DNA of 64,000 nt from the human T2T-CHM13v2.0 reference genome, Homo sapiens (GCF_009914755.1 NC_060932.1); one strand, 5' to 3'; positions 1 through 18,442 are shown, counted from the first letter of the stretch. A program made the numbers and translations. The notes: generated by a model not told the origin, from the sequence alone.

Positions 1-99
1 TCCTCCATAGTTGTCTCTTCCCTAAATCAAGCTTGACAGTTATAGAGCCCAAGGAAAGGCCCACTATGGGAGGCTGCTGGATGCAGCAAGAGACAGCAT

Positions 100-675
<576 letters not shown>

Positions 676-1087
676 TTAAGACAACCCCAGCTCTCAGGTA
701 TTACAGGAGTGGCCTCTGCTGTCCCCATGACACAGTGCGCAGAGAGCATGGACTGGCCCAGGCAGCAGGGCTCAGGGAGCACCGGCTCCAGATGTCTGCA
801 TCTGCATCCAAAGACAGCAACCCCAGCTCAGGGCACACCCACACTCCTTGCAGCTTTGGAGGCTCAGAGAGCAGATTCCTCCAGAGAAAGGACAACTCTA
901 AGTGCACTCACTGTGCTGACCTCATGAGGGAGGTGCAGCCCACATCACCTGGAATTCCCAGGTCTTTATTTTTACCTGTCAGCGAAGCTGTGAGATGTGC
1001 ACTTGAGAACCTACGCAGCATTCCCCGTGGTGCGGCTCCCGGGTGGCTGTCAGCTGGATCCAGGGCCGGTCAAGAATCATCGAGCAT

Positions 1088-1383
1088 GGCTGGGCGTGGT
1101 GGCTCACATCTGTAATCCCAGCACTTTGGGAGGCCAGGGCAGGCGGATCACTTGAGGTCAGGAGTTCATGACCGGCATGGCCAACATGGTGAAACCCCAT
1201 CTCTAGTAAAAGTACAAAAATTAGCCAGGTGTGGCTGTAATCTCAGCTACTCAGGACGCGGAGGCAAGAGAATCACTTGAACCTGGGAGGCGGAGGTTGC
1301 AGTGAGCCGAGATCACACCACTACACCACACTCCAGCCTGGGCTACAGCGCGAGACCCTGTCTCTAAAAAATAAAAATAAAAA
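1088..1383 (+). mobile_element. Alu (S-type) with TSD gaatcatc(g/a)agcat
   Basis: Alu consensus, A tail, flanking direct repeat. Confidence 0.95.
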
Positions 1384-1749
1384 GGAATCATCAAGCATGC
1401 CCTCCCAGGGCTCTCCCCACCACCCTTTGGCACAGCAGCTGAGGGCCAGCATGCACATTCCAGACTGCAGTGCCCAAGGTGCTCCCGTTGCCAGCAGCAA
1501 CCTCAGACCTGCAAGGTGACACCCTCTAGGAGAAGCCATGTGGGCAGAGCTAAAGCTTCTGGGGAAGAAATCAGAGGCGTGGGTTTGCCTTACAACAGCC
1601 CAGCCAGGGCCAATGCCAGCAGATTTCTTTAAATGTCCTCTGAAAAAATAGGCATTTGGGAGGAAAGTCAGGGCGAAGGCTGCTTTGCGGTAGACACCCA
1701 CTGCTCACCTTCCTTCCTTTCATAACATTCATCAAGCCTTCTTGTTTAC

Positions 1750-1865
1750 GACCTGTCTCCACCAATCAGCTGTGAGCTCCGTGAGGGCATGGACCATGTC
1801 TGACTTGTTCTTTGCTGTATCCTCAGCACTTACCTGTGATGTTTGATGAATGAATAAATAAATAT
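1750..1865 (+). mobile_element. L2 3' end fragment
   Basis: tgtgagctccgtgagggcatggaccatgtctg...tgaatgaataaat resembles the L2 terminus. Confidence 0.65.
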
Positions 1866-2104
1866 CTTCAGAATACAGAATGTTGAAGTGGTTTGGAAAA
1901 GATAAAGCATGAAATATCTTTAAGTTAGGTGACCTGAAAATATTGCAGAAACCCAATGAGTCTTGTTGATGCTAATGATGCCTCATGGTTTACTTTGTGG
2001 AGACCACAGGGCCCTGTGATTAAGGCATTTAAGCAAGTATCACCCAGCAGTGAATCAACTCCCCCTCCTGCTGGACTTTGCTCAGGGCTATTAAGAGTGA
2101 ATTT

Positions 2105-2417
<313 letters not shown>

Positions 2418-2523
2418 TCACTCATTGAGGGACATCCACAGTCAAGCACCTTACACTGTAGAACCTGTGTGCCCTAGGACTTCCCCATACATCCAGAGCT
2501 CCAGATGTGGAATCAGAGTTTGA

Positions 2524-2807
<284 letters not shown>

Positions 2808-3055
2808 TGTATTGCTGTGATCTTGAAATCAAGAGAAGAGAAACTCATAGAGGCCTTCATGAAATCCCACACCATCTGCACACATCAGCTCTCCTCAGTG
2901 AAGAGAAAATAAGTGTGCAATTGGACCTCACTGACACCTCCTTAGACCACCACATCCCTGTTACTCTAATTAGCCAGCCCTTCGCCTCTCCCACCACGAA
3001 GCAGGGTCTGTACAACCCATGATGTGTTTGTTCTCAAAACAAAACAGTAGCTTCC

Positions 3056-3189
3056 AACTCAGGAGGCTGAGGTGGGAGGATCACTCGAGCCTGGGAGGTC
3101 AAGGCTCCAGTGACCTATGATTGCACCACTGCACTCCAGCCTAGGTGACAAAGCGAGACCCTGTCTCAAAAAAAACAAAAAAAAAACAA
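3056..3189 (+). mobile_element. Alu right-arm monomer
   Basis: Right-arm sequence with A tail only. Confidence 0.88.
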
Positions 3190-3889
3190 TAGCTTTCAGC
3201 CTTCATGTGGCAACTCCATTTCTATCATGTGTTTCTTCCTCAAAAAGCAACAATCACAAAACCAATTTAACTCCTACTAGGAAAATGTCTCGTGGTACTG
3301 GACTCACCATCCTGAGGTCACGTCCAGGAATGTCAAGCCATTATAGACCTCTAAGTCTGCACCAGAACGTAATAATAAACATAATCCATCTCTGACCAGT
3401 GATGCTCCACCTCACCCCACTAGGGCTATGCACAGCTACAAGATGCCAGAGAGTTCTGATAAGCTCATTGCTTATGACCTGAGAGCAACCTCATCTGGCC
3501 ACACATTGATAAAGAAGCCCTAGAGATTATCACAGAAGTCAAGAAGTCTTAAAACTAATTCTATGTCCTTGCAATGAGAAGGCTTTTTTGAAAATCTTTT
3601 CTGAGGCGGGCCTTCTCTCTTAATGACGCCACAGGTACTCAACCCTGAAATTAGAGGCTCCTGCTCAGCAGTTATGACTATGTGTTTATCACCAAGCTCA
3701 TATATGTACTTTGACATGCTGATGTGCTGAACCACCTGCTGTGCCAGGTTCCAGAGAACTACCCTTGAAAGTAGCCTAGAAAAAGGAGAGAAGGCCACAA
3801 AAACAGAAGTGCAGATTAGACATGGAAAGGAGTGTTGCAATCACCATGTGCTACAGAGACAAATTATTTCAAAAAAGGAACCCACTCTC

Positions 3890-4212
<323 letters not shown>

Positions 4213-4670
4213 CTAAAAAGACTCCCTCCCCCAACTCAAACAGCAGCACAGACTGAGAGGGGACATTTTGCTTAGGGCAAGTCAGCCCCTTTGAAGGACA
4301 GAGGCAGAGAAGTGTAACGCATGCCTCTATTTTTGAGTTTCTTACAAGCTAACTAGGAGAGACAAGGCACACAAAGTTCCAAGTTCAATGTCTAAATAAA
4401 CAATGCAGAGTAAGTGCTCTAGGAACTCAGGATAGACTTGACTACAAGCTTGGGTGGCCACCAGAGGACTTAGGATGAATGGGATTTGGAAAGAAGGAGA
4501 CAGGACTTGTAAAAGCAGTTTTGCAAAGGAGAGAGTGGTGTTAAGGGCCTGGGGTGATTGGAAAAGGGCCCCAAATCCCTTCAGAGCAGTGGGAAGAAGG
4601 TGGGGTGGAGACTGCCAGAAACCAGCAGAGGAAGACTGAATGTAACAACCAGAAATGCAGACTCTAGAAG

Positions 4671-4784
4671 CAGGGTAACCAGATGTCCTGGAATGCCTGA
4701 GATAGTCCCAGTTCACTGCTATTTGTCCCTCTGTCATTAATAGTCTCCCCTCACACTCTCACGAAAAATCCTATGGTCACTCTG
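4671..4784. mobile_element. Short hAT-Blackjack-type MITE (MER81/MER94-like)
   Basis: Imperfect terminal inverted repeats cagggtaacca...tggtcactctg. Confidence 0.55.
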
Positions 4785-5265
4785 GTTGGCAGGACCTTTG
4801 AGCAGCCACCTGCTCTACCCACAGACCTCTCACAGACTGCAGTCCCCACCCCTCCCCAAAGGAGACTTTCTAGCCCAGATGTGGAAAATCTTATTCAGGG
4901 CACACACCCTGGCCATGAATCTGTAAGGGACACCAAAACATCAATGCAACAAATAAGTCATATGGTGCCTCAAACTCAGGCCTCTACACACAGCTTCTTC
5001 AGCAACTTGGTCCCCACTCCAACAGAAACAGACAGGGGTTGGTAGGAACCAACACACTCTCATTAGGCACCAATTCCAAACCCACAGACAGAGCGTGGAA
5101 CAAATATTTAGCAAAGCCTGTTTGAAGGGGTGTCCGCACATGCCCCGCCTGAGAGTCCACATGACTGGTCCAGGCCCTGGCCCCAGCTCTGCCCAACACT
5201 AGCTATGTGACCTTGGACAGCCGTGTCCTCTCTCAGCCTCAGCATCCTCATCTGAAACACAAGGG

Positions 5266-5545
5266 GCTGCTGGGCGAGGTGAACTGCATCTGTAATCCCA
5301 GTGCTTTGGGAGGTTGAGGCAGGAGAATAGCTTGAGCCCAGAAGTTCAAGACCAGCCTGGGCAACATAGTGATACCCGTATCTCTACAAAAAGTAAAAAT
5401 AAACAATAGTGGTGGCACTCACCTGTAGTCCCAGCACTAGGGAGGCTGAGGTGGAAGGATCACTTCAGTCCAGCAGGCGGACGCTGCAGTGAGCCATGAT
5501 CACACCACTGGACTCCAGTCTGGGCAACAGAGCAGGACCTTTAAA
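5266..5545 (+). mobile_element. Alu (J-type)
   Basis: Diverged dimeric Alu. Confidence 0.9.
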
Positions 5546-5549
5546 TAAA

Positions 5550-5942
5550 TATATTTGAGGCCCAGTGCAGGAGGCAGGGCCTAGTGGGAAGTGTTTGGGA
5601 CATGCGGGCAGATCCTTTATAAATGTCTTGGTGCCGTCCTCCCACTAATGAGCTCTCACCCTCTTAGTTCCCTAGAGAGATTCCCCCCACTCCCAGAACT
5701 AGTCATTGAAAAAGGCCTGGCACCTCCCTTTCCTCTCTCTTGTTTCCTTCCTTTTCCCATGTGATGCCTCCTCCCCCACACCTTCCACCATGAGTAGAAG
5801 GTTCCTGAGGCCTCACCAGAAGCAGATGCTGGCACCATACTTCTTGTAGAGCCTGCAGAACCATGAGCCAAATAAACGTCTTTTCTTTATAAATTATCCA
5901 GCCTCACGTATTCATTTATAGCAACACAAATGGACTAAGACA
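5550..5942 (+). mobile_element. MaLR LTR (MST-type)
   Basis: Characteristic 3' end cctgcagaaccatgagccaaataaa...tttatagcaacacaaatggactaagaca. Confidence 0.85.
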
Positions 5943-5999
5943 CCATCTCTTAGAAGTCCTGGCTTCTCTAGAAAAAGAAAGAGAGTTAATTTAAATTTT

Positions 6000-6960
6000 T
6001 AAAAAGGCTTATGCAGAGCAAGAGATTCCATGAACAAATGAAAAGATAAGCCACAGACTGCATGCAACCGAGAATAGATTCACAGTCAGAACCTATAAGA
6101 AATTCCTACATATCAATAAGAAAAAGACAAACAACCCAAAAGGAAAATGGGCAAAGAAAATGGATAAACAATTCACACACACAAAAGAAGCACAATGGCC
6201 AGTAATCATGAAAACATGTTTAACCTCACTAATAATGTTGAAATACAAATTAAAACAATGAGGTATTGTTTTATACTCACCAGATCAAAACAAATTAGTT
6301 TAAGTCTGACAATGTCAAGTGATAATAGACTAACAGATGCTCTCATACACTGTTTGATAAGCAACCACTTGGAAGAACAATGTAGCTATCTCCACTAGTG
6401 TCAAAAATGTATATCCTCCACAGCCCCACAATTCAGCTCCTATGTACGTGTCCCAGAAAAGCTCTCTACCCATAGTATAAGGAGATCCCTGTCACCTTGC
6501 ACACATAATACTCAGGTGCTCAAGCACAACAGTGAAGAAAATGGGAAAAAAATCTAAACAACCATTAACAGAAAAATGAACAAGTGATTCTGGTATAGTC
6601 ATACAAGGAATATTATACCGCAGTGAAAATGAATGAACCAAAATGACAAGAACCACGTGGCTACGTCTCAATGTTCAGGGGAAGAAAGCAAGCTGCAGAT
6701 TTATATAGTATAATACTGTCCATATACATTTTAATTATGCAAAACTATATGTACTTTTATACACATACATTTACGTACTTGTATGTATATGTATATATGT
6801 ATATATGTGTTTATATATAGTTTCTGGAAACATATCTGCAGCAAAAATATACAATTATGAGTGGGATGACAAACTCCAAATTCAGAAGAATAATTATCTC
6901 ACAGCAGAAGGTGGGATGATGCGATTGGGGGTGGGTATTCAGGGGGCTTGTATTTAATCT
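6000..6960 (+). mobile_element. Old L1 (L1M) 3' fragment
   Basis: A-rich; aagacaaacaaccc...aaatgggcaaag and aaatacaaattaaaacaatgag motifs of the L1 ORF2 end/3'UTR. Confidence 0.8.
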
Positions 6961-6966
6961 ATGATT

Positions 6967-7291
<325 letters not shown>

Positions 7292-7316
7292 TAAAAAAAA
7301 AAAAAAAAAAGAAGGG

Positions 7317-7642
7317 GGGCCGGGCGTAGTGGCTCATGCCTGTAGTCCTAGCACTTTGGGAGGCTGAGGCAGGCAGATCACTTGAGGTCAGGAGTTCGAG
7401 ACCAGTCTGGACAACATGGTGAAACCCCATCTCTACTAAAAATAAAAAATTAGCGGGGCATGGTGGTGCATGCCTGTAATCTCAGCTACTCGGGAGGCTG
7501 AGGCATGAGAATCGCTTGAACCCAGGCGGCAGAGGTGCAATGAGCCGAGATTGCGCCACTGTACTCCAGCCTGGGCAACAGAATGAGAATCTGTCTCAAA
7601 ACAAAACAAAACAAAACAAACAAATTAAAAAAAAAAAAAAAG
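7317..7642 (+). mobile_element. Alu (S-type)
   Basis: Dimeric Alu with (CAAAA)n tail. Confidence 0.95.
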
Positions 7643-8780
7643 TAAGAGGGTTAGTGCACAGGTGGGTATAGGAGGGTGGGTAGCAAAGGTGTCCTAAGGA
7701 CCAAAGGTTCTAGAACTAAGAGGCCACACTCTGGGACAAGTGTGGCTGCAACTCCCTAAGCCCCTGCAAAGGTGGCACCTCCTTAACAAGCCTGAGGGAT
7801 CTGGGAGTGTCAGCTGGATAGAGACAGGCTGGCAGGTCAGGCTGGCAGGTGGGGCGTGTGGTTCCTCTCAGTCTCCCTGTCCCTCTCCTGTCTTTGGCTG
7901 GCCCTTGTGGATCCTTTCCTCAATTGGTCTTCATGGCCTCAAAATATATACTGAGACAAATTTCCTCTCCCCTTCATTGTCTCGGGAAAGAATGCAGTTT
8001 TTGCCTACTGGGCTGACAAAGATGAAAATGTTTGATACAACCCAACATAACTGGTATGAATTTCTTCTGCAACACACTGGTGCAAGAAATGTCACTTTAT
8101 CATTTGTCTAAATCAAACAGAACTTGGCTACAAGCCCCCACTCTCCAGAATCAGTAGAAAATTCAATCTTAGTCATGTTCTGGAGGGTTCCTGTCCCACC
8201 CGAGGATCATACTGAAGTGTTGCGAGAATGATACATTTCCAATTCAGTCCAGTATGGGCAGCAATGATATACCCACCATGTCAGTGGCCATGATCCTTTC
8301 AAAGGCCCTGGCTCTCACCCTCCATACCATACTCAGAGAGGGCTCCCAAGTTCACATCACTTAGCATTCTGTTTCCTGGGACCTAGAAGCCGCCCTGTCA
8401 GAAGTCCAGCCACCTCCCACAGCCCTGTGTCAGTGGAGCGCAGGTCCTGGGACTCACAGTAACCTGGTGCCCCAAGCCCACTGCAGGAAGGTCTGGGTCA
8501 CTTCCCAAATCAAATTCCAAAGCAGACCAAGGATAACAGCCCCTGTGGACACCTACCCTGACATATTGTCACGCTCTGGGAAAAAGGGCTAAGGCTGATT
8601 GTGAGCTCACAGAGCTGCAAGCCCCGAATCCAGGCAAGGGACACCCCGTCCGCCTGTGCTGTGACTTAGGAGTTTTCACACTGCTAGACTCTTGGATCTG
8701 GTTGAGCTCTTTGGTCCGAGTAAACCCCAGGAATAGAAGGAGGGAGGAAATATTAGATTTACTAATAGAAGAGGGAGGTT

Positions 8781-9200
8781 GGCCGGGTGTGGTGGCTCAC
8801 ACTTGTAATCCCAGCACTTTGGGAGGCCAAGGCAGGCAAATCACTTTGAGATCAGGAGTTCAAGACCACCCTGGCCAACATGGCGAAACCCTGTCTCTAA
8901 TAAAAAATACAAAAATTAGCCAGGCGTGGTGGTAGACACCTGTAGCCCCAGCTACTTGGGAGGCTGAGGCAGGAGAACGCCCCAGCTCTTTGGGAGGCTG
9001 AGGCAGGAGAATTGCTGGAACCCTGGAGGTGGAGGCTACAGTGAGCCAAGATTGTGCCACTGTACTCAAGCCTGGGCGACAGAGCCAGACTCCTTAAAAG
9101 AAAGGAAAAAGAGAGAGAGAAAGAGAGAAAGAGAGGAAGGAAGGAAGGAGGGAAGGAAGGAAGGAAGGAAAGAAGGAAGGGAGGGAGGGAGGGAGGGAGG
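8781..9200 (+). mobile_element. Alu with ~33-bp internal tandem duplication and (GA)n/(GGAA)n/(GGGA)n tail
   Basis: Alu consensus; gccccagct..ttgggaggctgaggcaggagaa occurs twice at ~8945-9011. Confidence 0.93.
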
Positions 9201-9414
9201 CAGAAAAGCTCAGAGATTGACTAGCCACGTGCCTTGGACAGAAGGTGAACTCAAAGCCAAGCCTCTCTGACTCCAGGCCCTCACAGTAGATATCACCACT
9301 CAAGGATCACATCTTTCAGCACAGGGACCCTCAACTGTCATCTTTTTAGGTGGTCTATTTCACCTCACCTGAATCTGGGCCACACTGCCATTTTAGGCAA
9401 AGAAGAGTTCATCA

Positions 9415-9718
<304 letters not shown>

Positions 9719-10002
9719 TCATCAGAGTGGGGACAGAAGCTAGGTGTGCATGGCTCAGAGCAGTGAGTGTCCTCTTCCTGTCTCTGCCATGCCAGGCCCC
9801 AGATAGAGGCCTGTGTTTTCAAGGGAGATTAATAAATTCATTTCAGGGGTGCAGAATTAGCAATCTCCTCCAAATAGCAGACTTAAAGCCCTGTTCTCCA
9901 ACAGCTTTCTCAGCAACTAAAAGGTATTCTGATCTCCTACCTGATTCATGATCAGAACTTGGGCAGGGAAAAGAGAGTGTCATCTAAAAATCCCCTTAAA
10001 CT

Positions 10003-10306
10003 GGCCAGGTGTGGTGGTTCACACTTTGGGAGGCCAAGGCAGGAGGATCACTTGAGGTCAGGAGCTTGTGACCAGCCTGGCCAACATTGTGAAACCCCCA
10101 CCTCTACTAAAAATACAAAAATTACCCAGGTGTGGTGATGCAGGCCTGGCCTCTGGTCCCAGTTACTTTGGAGGGTTAGGCAGGAGAATCACTTGAACTC
10201 GGGAGGCAGAGGCTGAAGTGAGCCGAGATCATGCCACTGCTCTCCAGCCTGGGTGACAGAGCGAGACTCTGTCTCAAAAAAAAAGAAAAGAAAAAGAAAA
10301 AAAAAA
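10003..10306 (+). mobile_element. Alu (S-type)
   Basis: Alu consensus; TSD ccccttaaac. Confidence 0.94.
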
Positions 10307-10389
10307 TTCCCCTTAAACCTCAGCAAAATTCAACTGACCTTGAGGAACTCTGACATCCCTCCTTCTGTTAAACGTGTTGGGTTAACTTA

Positions 10390-10603
10390 GGGCGAGGCTT
10401 CTCAACCTCAGCACCATCACTACTTTGAACTGGATACCTTTATGTTATCAGGGGCTTTCCAGTGCATTGCAGAAGGTTTGGCAGCATCCCTGACCTGCCA
10501 ATGGATGCTGCTGGTATCCCCACAGTAGTGACAACCACAGATGTCTCCAGACTTTGCCGAAAGTTCCCTGGGAGTGCCCTGCTCTAGAGTTAAGAACCAC
10601 CGC
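10390..10603 (+). mobile_element. MER20-like hAT-Charlie element
   Basis: ttctcaacctcagcac...gtgacaacca..atgtctccagac..tgcc...gttaagaaccac. Confidence 0.8.
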
Positions 10604-10809
10604 TCTGCAGTTTTGTCCTCCCAGACTTCTCACCCAGCACAGTGCGTAGACGTGAGTAGGAATATCAGACTGAACCCTTCAGGATCAGATACAGGGGGAG
10701 GGCAAACAATGTAAAAGGAATAGGAGCTTTGACACCACATCAAGACTCATTACTGAACAGTCACAGAGACACACATTCCTAGCAAAGAATGATTAAAAGC
10801 AATAAGGAG

Positions 10810-11030
10810 CCATTCATTCAATGAGTCAATCAACAAACATTTGTCCATTCATTAATCAGTTATTACGCATTAGGTGCTGGGCTAGACGCTGGAGATCAAA
10901 GATTGAAAAGACAAGCAGTCTTTACCTTCATATAGCTTATCCCCTGGCAGGAAAACAGATATTACATGATGGATTACAATAAAGTCTGTTAAGGGTTGTG
11001 ATGGAGAAGTACAGGGGGCTCTAAATGAGT
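10810..11030 (-). mobile_element. L2 fragment
   Basis: cattcattcaa...caacaaacattt...gtgctgggctagacgctggagat. Confidence 0.6.
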
Positions 11031-11737
11031 TTACTAAAGGTGAACTCAGGGGCTAGAAAGGGGTCCTGTGTGTCATCTCAACCTATATATCTAAGCCCAT
11101 CCAACAAGCTGCCGTTTTCCTACCCCATCCCCCTCCTCACCAGGCTCAGCTGTTCCCCTTCCGATGGGAAGCCTGGTTCCACCAGCAGTCACCTGGGACC
11201 AGGTAGGCCCGGAAGTACTGAGGGGGTGTCAGGATCCAGTTGACTTTGCTCCCAGTTGTAACTTTTGATTCCATTTTGAGCCAGCTAAGGCCATGGAGTA
11301 ATCAAATTAGGCAAATATTATGGAGAAGAAAATGGGCCTGTAAGTAGCTTAAAGTGATGGAAATGACCTGAAGGTGGCCATGCAAATGGTCTGTATAATA
11401 TCCTGTAATAACCCTGTCCAGGCAGCCCCGAGGAGGCTGGCTTCCAATAGTGAGGTGTCTGATTAGAATAATATTCAGTGGGAGAATGTGTGAGTGTCCA
11501 CATAAATCAGGCCTGGAGAGCCTCCCCAATTAGCCGGGAAGGAGACAGGCAAGGTGGGTGCCAACCCTGCACCGGGTGGCTGCCAGGCAAACTGCAGAGA
11601 TGGGAGAGGGAAACTAATCATTCTCGGAACAATCCCTGACATTTTATAACATTTTACAGTTTATAAACCCTTTTCTTGTGCCACATTTCACCTGTTCCTC
11701 ACACAGTTGTTTGAGGGATTAAATAAGATAACTTCTC

Positions 11738-12294
<557 letters not shown>

Positions 12295-13505
12295 CTATTG
12301 AGCATCATATGGCAAAGAGATGACGATTTTCTAATTACATGCTTTTCCTGCCTCCTGGCTCTGGGGCCATGAGGATGCTTGCAAACACCCCCAGAGGGCT
12401 TCTTTGCCCTTCCTCTGTTTCCCAAACAGTAGGGGAGCGACTCGTGTTGTTCTCAGGGGAAAGCTACTCCTGAAATGCTCATTTCCTTCCTTATCTGCTC
12501 ATCTTCACTCCAGCTGACAAAAGCAGACCCCCACCTGCCCAAGACACCTCATTCCACTCAAAAATCGGATATAGAGTGTCTACAATGTGCCATTCATTCA
12601 TTTATGTATTCAATAATAATTACTGGATGCTGAGTATGGACCAGGCTCAGGCCCATGGGGAAAGAGGAGAAAACGGAGGTGGTCAACAGCCCTGGGAACC
12701 CAGGCCTGGCAGAGGGCACCTGCTTCATGGTCACTCCACCCCTCTGGGTATCAGGGTCAACAAGCCACAAGGGCAGAGCAGGGGACTGTCCAGGGTCATG
12801 GCCAGGGCCACACAACCTCAGGGGGAGAAGAGCTGGAATCCTCTCATCTGGGGGCAGCTGGACCCTTTACAGGGCTTTGCCCAGTTGTCTCCTGTCATCC
12901 TACTGCTCTCCTCTGACGAGTCCATCCTTGCTGTTTCACTGATGAAGAAACTGAGGCCCAAAGAAATTAAGTATCTTGCTTAAGATAACATAGCTGAAAA
13001 GCAGAAAATTAGTATCAACCCTGGGTTTCAGGTTCCAAATCTAGTCTTGTGTATGTGAATAAATGTAAGTGGTCTCACACTCCTGAACACACCCACAGCC
13101 TCATTATGCAGATTCCAATGAGACCATTCAAACCTGCATGAATGTTTGGTGTCCACATACACAAACCCACACAGATACAGCCTCACGGCCATGTATGCAC
13201 CCAAGCCACGCTCCAGAATGGCATCGGACCTCTGGGCTTTTTTTTTTTTTAATGCCAAAGAGTAGTAATTTGGGAAGGAGCAAGTGAAGAGCCAAAACAG
13301 AGATGGAGGGACTGTACCCTGAAATTCTGAGCTAGATAGGAGACCCCTGGGGAAGACTGGACCAAGATGGGGAAAACTTGACCCACAGTGACTTCGATGT
13401 GTTCACCCAAAGCCCAGATAAATTTAAAGACTCCTTATAGGTAATTCTTATGTACAAATGTACTTCCTGCTTGAATGAATGAATGAATGAATCAGTATTT
13501 ACTCC

Positions 13506-13895
13506 TGTCTTAGTTAGCTCAGGCTGTCATAACAGAATACTGTAGACAGGGTGGCTTCAACACCATACTTCTATTTTCTCACAGCTCCAGAGGCAACAAA
13601 TCTACAATCAAGGCTCTGATTGATTCAGTTTCCAGTGAGGCCTCTCTTCCTGACTTGTGGACAGCCACCTTCTCGCTGTGTCCTTTCATGATCTTTCCTC
13701 AGTGTATGTGCTCAGAGAGAGATCTCTGGTGTCTCCTCTTATAAGGACACTGATCCTATCAGATTAGGGCCCCACCCTTATGGCCTCATTTAACCTTAAT
13801 CAACTCCTGAAAGGCCCTATCTCCAAATAGAGTCACATTAGGTATGAAGGCTGCAGCATACGAATTTGGAGTGAGGGTCACCGTTCAGTCAATAA
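13506..13895 (-). mobile_element. MaLR LTR (MLT1-type)
   Basis: tgtcttagttagctcaggctgtcataacagaatac...gattagggccccaccc...cctatctccaaat..gtcacatt. Confidence 0.85.
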
Positions 13896-14274
13896 CCCCT
13901 CCATACTGTGAGCCAAAGGCAAGCTCTGGGGCATTGGAACATAGAAACACAGAGAAAGATGCATGTCACACTCATCAAATGAACAGCCCCTACAGGATCT
14001 TGAATGCTGCACATCTCAGACGCAGGTTCCTTCTGCACCAGAGCCTTGTAGCATGTGCTCCTGGAGGAGAAAGGCTGTCAGAATCCAGGAAGGCTACAGT
14101 GCAGACTCTTCCCTGGGTACTCAGAGCCTTTGCTCCTGGCCCCTTTCCAGCATCAGAAGACAGGGCTAGGTAAACAAGTCCAGAAGCATCAGGGAATTAA
14201 CCTCCGAGTCCCTGGGTGACCAGCTTCAGCTTTAGCCGAGAGGTGAGCCTGAGAGGAGACATGAATAACCATAA

Positions 14275-14452
14275 CTGGAGAGTAATCTAAACAGAAGCAG
14301 TGCTGTTGAATTCTAGCTTGCAGAGCTGAAAGAGAACCTAGAGCTGAGCCCATCCAAATCTGTTTCATTCTGTTTGACATGGAGCCCAGGAATCTGCATG
14401 TTGCATCTGCCCCACCCCCAGGTGGAACTGGCATGCTCCAAAACTTGAGAAC
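14275..14452. mobile_element. MER5-like DNA transposon fragment
   Basis: gcccaggaatctgcat...ccccaggtg...ttgagaacca motifs. Confidence 0.55.
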
Positions 14453-14941
14453 CATGTCCCAAAGGTGTCTGGTCTGCTGCAGCAACTCAGAAACTGCCAA
14501 GTGATGCAGGGACAGGGAGAGGAAGAAGACCCAGAGGCAGCATCTCACCATGACATGCGCAAGGAGAGGCAGTCCCCACAAGTAACCAGCAGAGAGCTAG
14601 GAACAGTCACACCTGGAACAGCGTAGGTAGAGGGGGCCCCACCCACTCATCAAGGTCAGCCACATCCACCCTAGTGATCAAGTACCGCAGCTAAATTGCC
14701 CTTATATCAGAAATATAGGCACATTCTTTCAAGGAGGACCCAGGATTCGGTTCAGAGAATGGTAGTAACCGCCAAGCATGGAAATACTGCCTCTTAACTC
14801 AGAAACCTTAAGTACATAGAACTGTCCCAAACATTTGCACATTGCCTCTCCCTACCCTCCAGAAGTCACCCCCAATAGCAACCAAGCTGTACGGGAGCTG
14901 CAAGGCCACCTGGTGGCCACAGAAGGAGTTGTCTAACCTGA

Positions 14942-16042
<1,101 letters not shown>

Positions 16043-17126
16043 CTGGATATATTTTAATGAAACTTTTATATCCTGGAAGGTGATTTTTTTTTTTTTTTAC
16101 TTTAAAATGCTATGTGGGTCAGCATGGGTAGGCCGAACAAAACATGCACGAGGGTCACCAGCTGGTGATGTCTAGGAGAATTCTTGCCTCTCGGCTTTCA
16201 TTTTCACTTCTTCTCTCCCCTTCTTCACTTTCTATCGGTAAGTTCAAATCATTACAATGGCTTTAGACATGAGAGACATAGGTCAACACTATCTCAAAGA
16301 AAAAAATACAATGGTTTAGCAGGAATCCTTGAATTTTTAACCAAAATCAGACATTTCAAGAACCTGCACCACCAGCCTCAGTCTAAATCCCTTGAGAAAG
16401 CCCAGAAGAGAAGTTGCAGATTCTCCCCAACACGTTTCCTAGACCTCCTCCTCTTCTAAATTAACCTGTTTCCCTCAAGCACCAGGATTCTAGATAAATA
16501 AAAAATGAGTTCCTATTCAATGGGATTGTTTTTCTGTTTGGTTTAATTACTAGTGTTGTGACAGTATTGTTTCCCACCATTTCCAATGCAAATGTGCGGT
16601 GTTTCTGCTTCATTGTGCAGTAAGCAGGGTGTTATAAGCTAGCCCTGGAAAGCCAACCGTCACTTAAAAGACTACTCTTATGGGAACATAGATGCCAAAT
16701 TCCAAAGATCTAACTTTAACAGATCAGCTCTGGGAAGCACAGTCTCTGATAGGCTGAAGGCTGCCTGGGAAAATGCTCTGTTTTGAGGGTCACATTTTGC
16801 TTTTCACACCACTCTTACTCGAATCACAGACTATGAGGGCGAGAGGCATGCTTTGAAATCACTTAGTCTACCCCCTCGTTTTACAGATGAGAGAGATGTT
16901 TATATGTGAGAAAACAGCAAGATGAAGTGACATGCCCCAATTCTCCCAGCTAGACAGTGCCCCAGGTCCCCAGACACCCAGTGCAGAGACTCCTGCTTTT
17001 TCAGATGATGGGAAACACCATGGCCTTAAGGCAGCCAAGGAAGAAAATAAATAAAACATGGCAGCCAACATTTATTGAATACTTAGTATGAGCCAGACAC
17101 TATGCTGGGCACTTAAGCTCATTTAA

Positions 17127-17575
<449 letters not shown>

Positions 17576-18442
17576 CAGGCCACCATACACTCAATCAAGG
17601 CACTGCTTAAAGGTCACCTAATTTGCTCCCCACCCCAACATGCCCTCAAAGGAAGACCTTTGCCATCCAGTTATCCAGTGGGGGTAGTCCATTTCTCTTT
17701 CTCTGTTGAAGGAGAGGTGGCCTCCAGTGTGTAGGATTTCTCTGTTGAGAAGTACTTACAGGACCTGTCATTTTCAGGTCCTAGGCAATTTAGATGTCCA
17801 GAAAATCCTCCCAGTAAGGATTCATTAATTTTGAAATTCAAAATAAATGAATTTCGGAAATGCATAGCTGAGCTAGTAGAAAAGTAAGAAAAATCTTCAA
17901 AGGTCAAAAATCATTGCAAAGCCCAATCCCAGGAGGTAAGTGCCCAGTGAGGCCTGTGGTTGGGTGAGAGGCGATTGGATGATCCCTGTTGACCTGGAGC
18001 TTGGCTTTTAATATGGATTAACATGAAGGGAAGGGATTCAGAAGACAAAACCTGGAGAGAAAGATGAGAGACTGAAGAGAGAATTTTTTGTCTCACAATC
18101 AAAAATTACAGGACACAGCAGGCAGAAAATGAGAAGTGCCTACAGGGAAAAACCAAAGGGAAGAAGTTGCTGAAGTCAATCCTGAGAAATGAGAGTATAA
18201 GTAGCAATTAACAGTCACAGGACACTAACTGTGAGCTTGACCTGTGCTAAAGGCTTTACATAAACATATCTCTGTAACTTTTAACTGCACGTGAAACTAA
18301 TCAATCACTGACTGGCTTAGCAATAAGCCTAAAATATCAGAATCGGAAAGGGCATTATCGACCACTTAATCTATTGTTTTTCAAACTGCAAGTCTTGCAA
18401 CTTTTGGTTCAATAGATAGATTAGCATATAAATAATATGCAT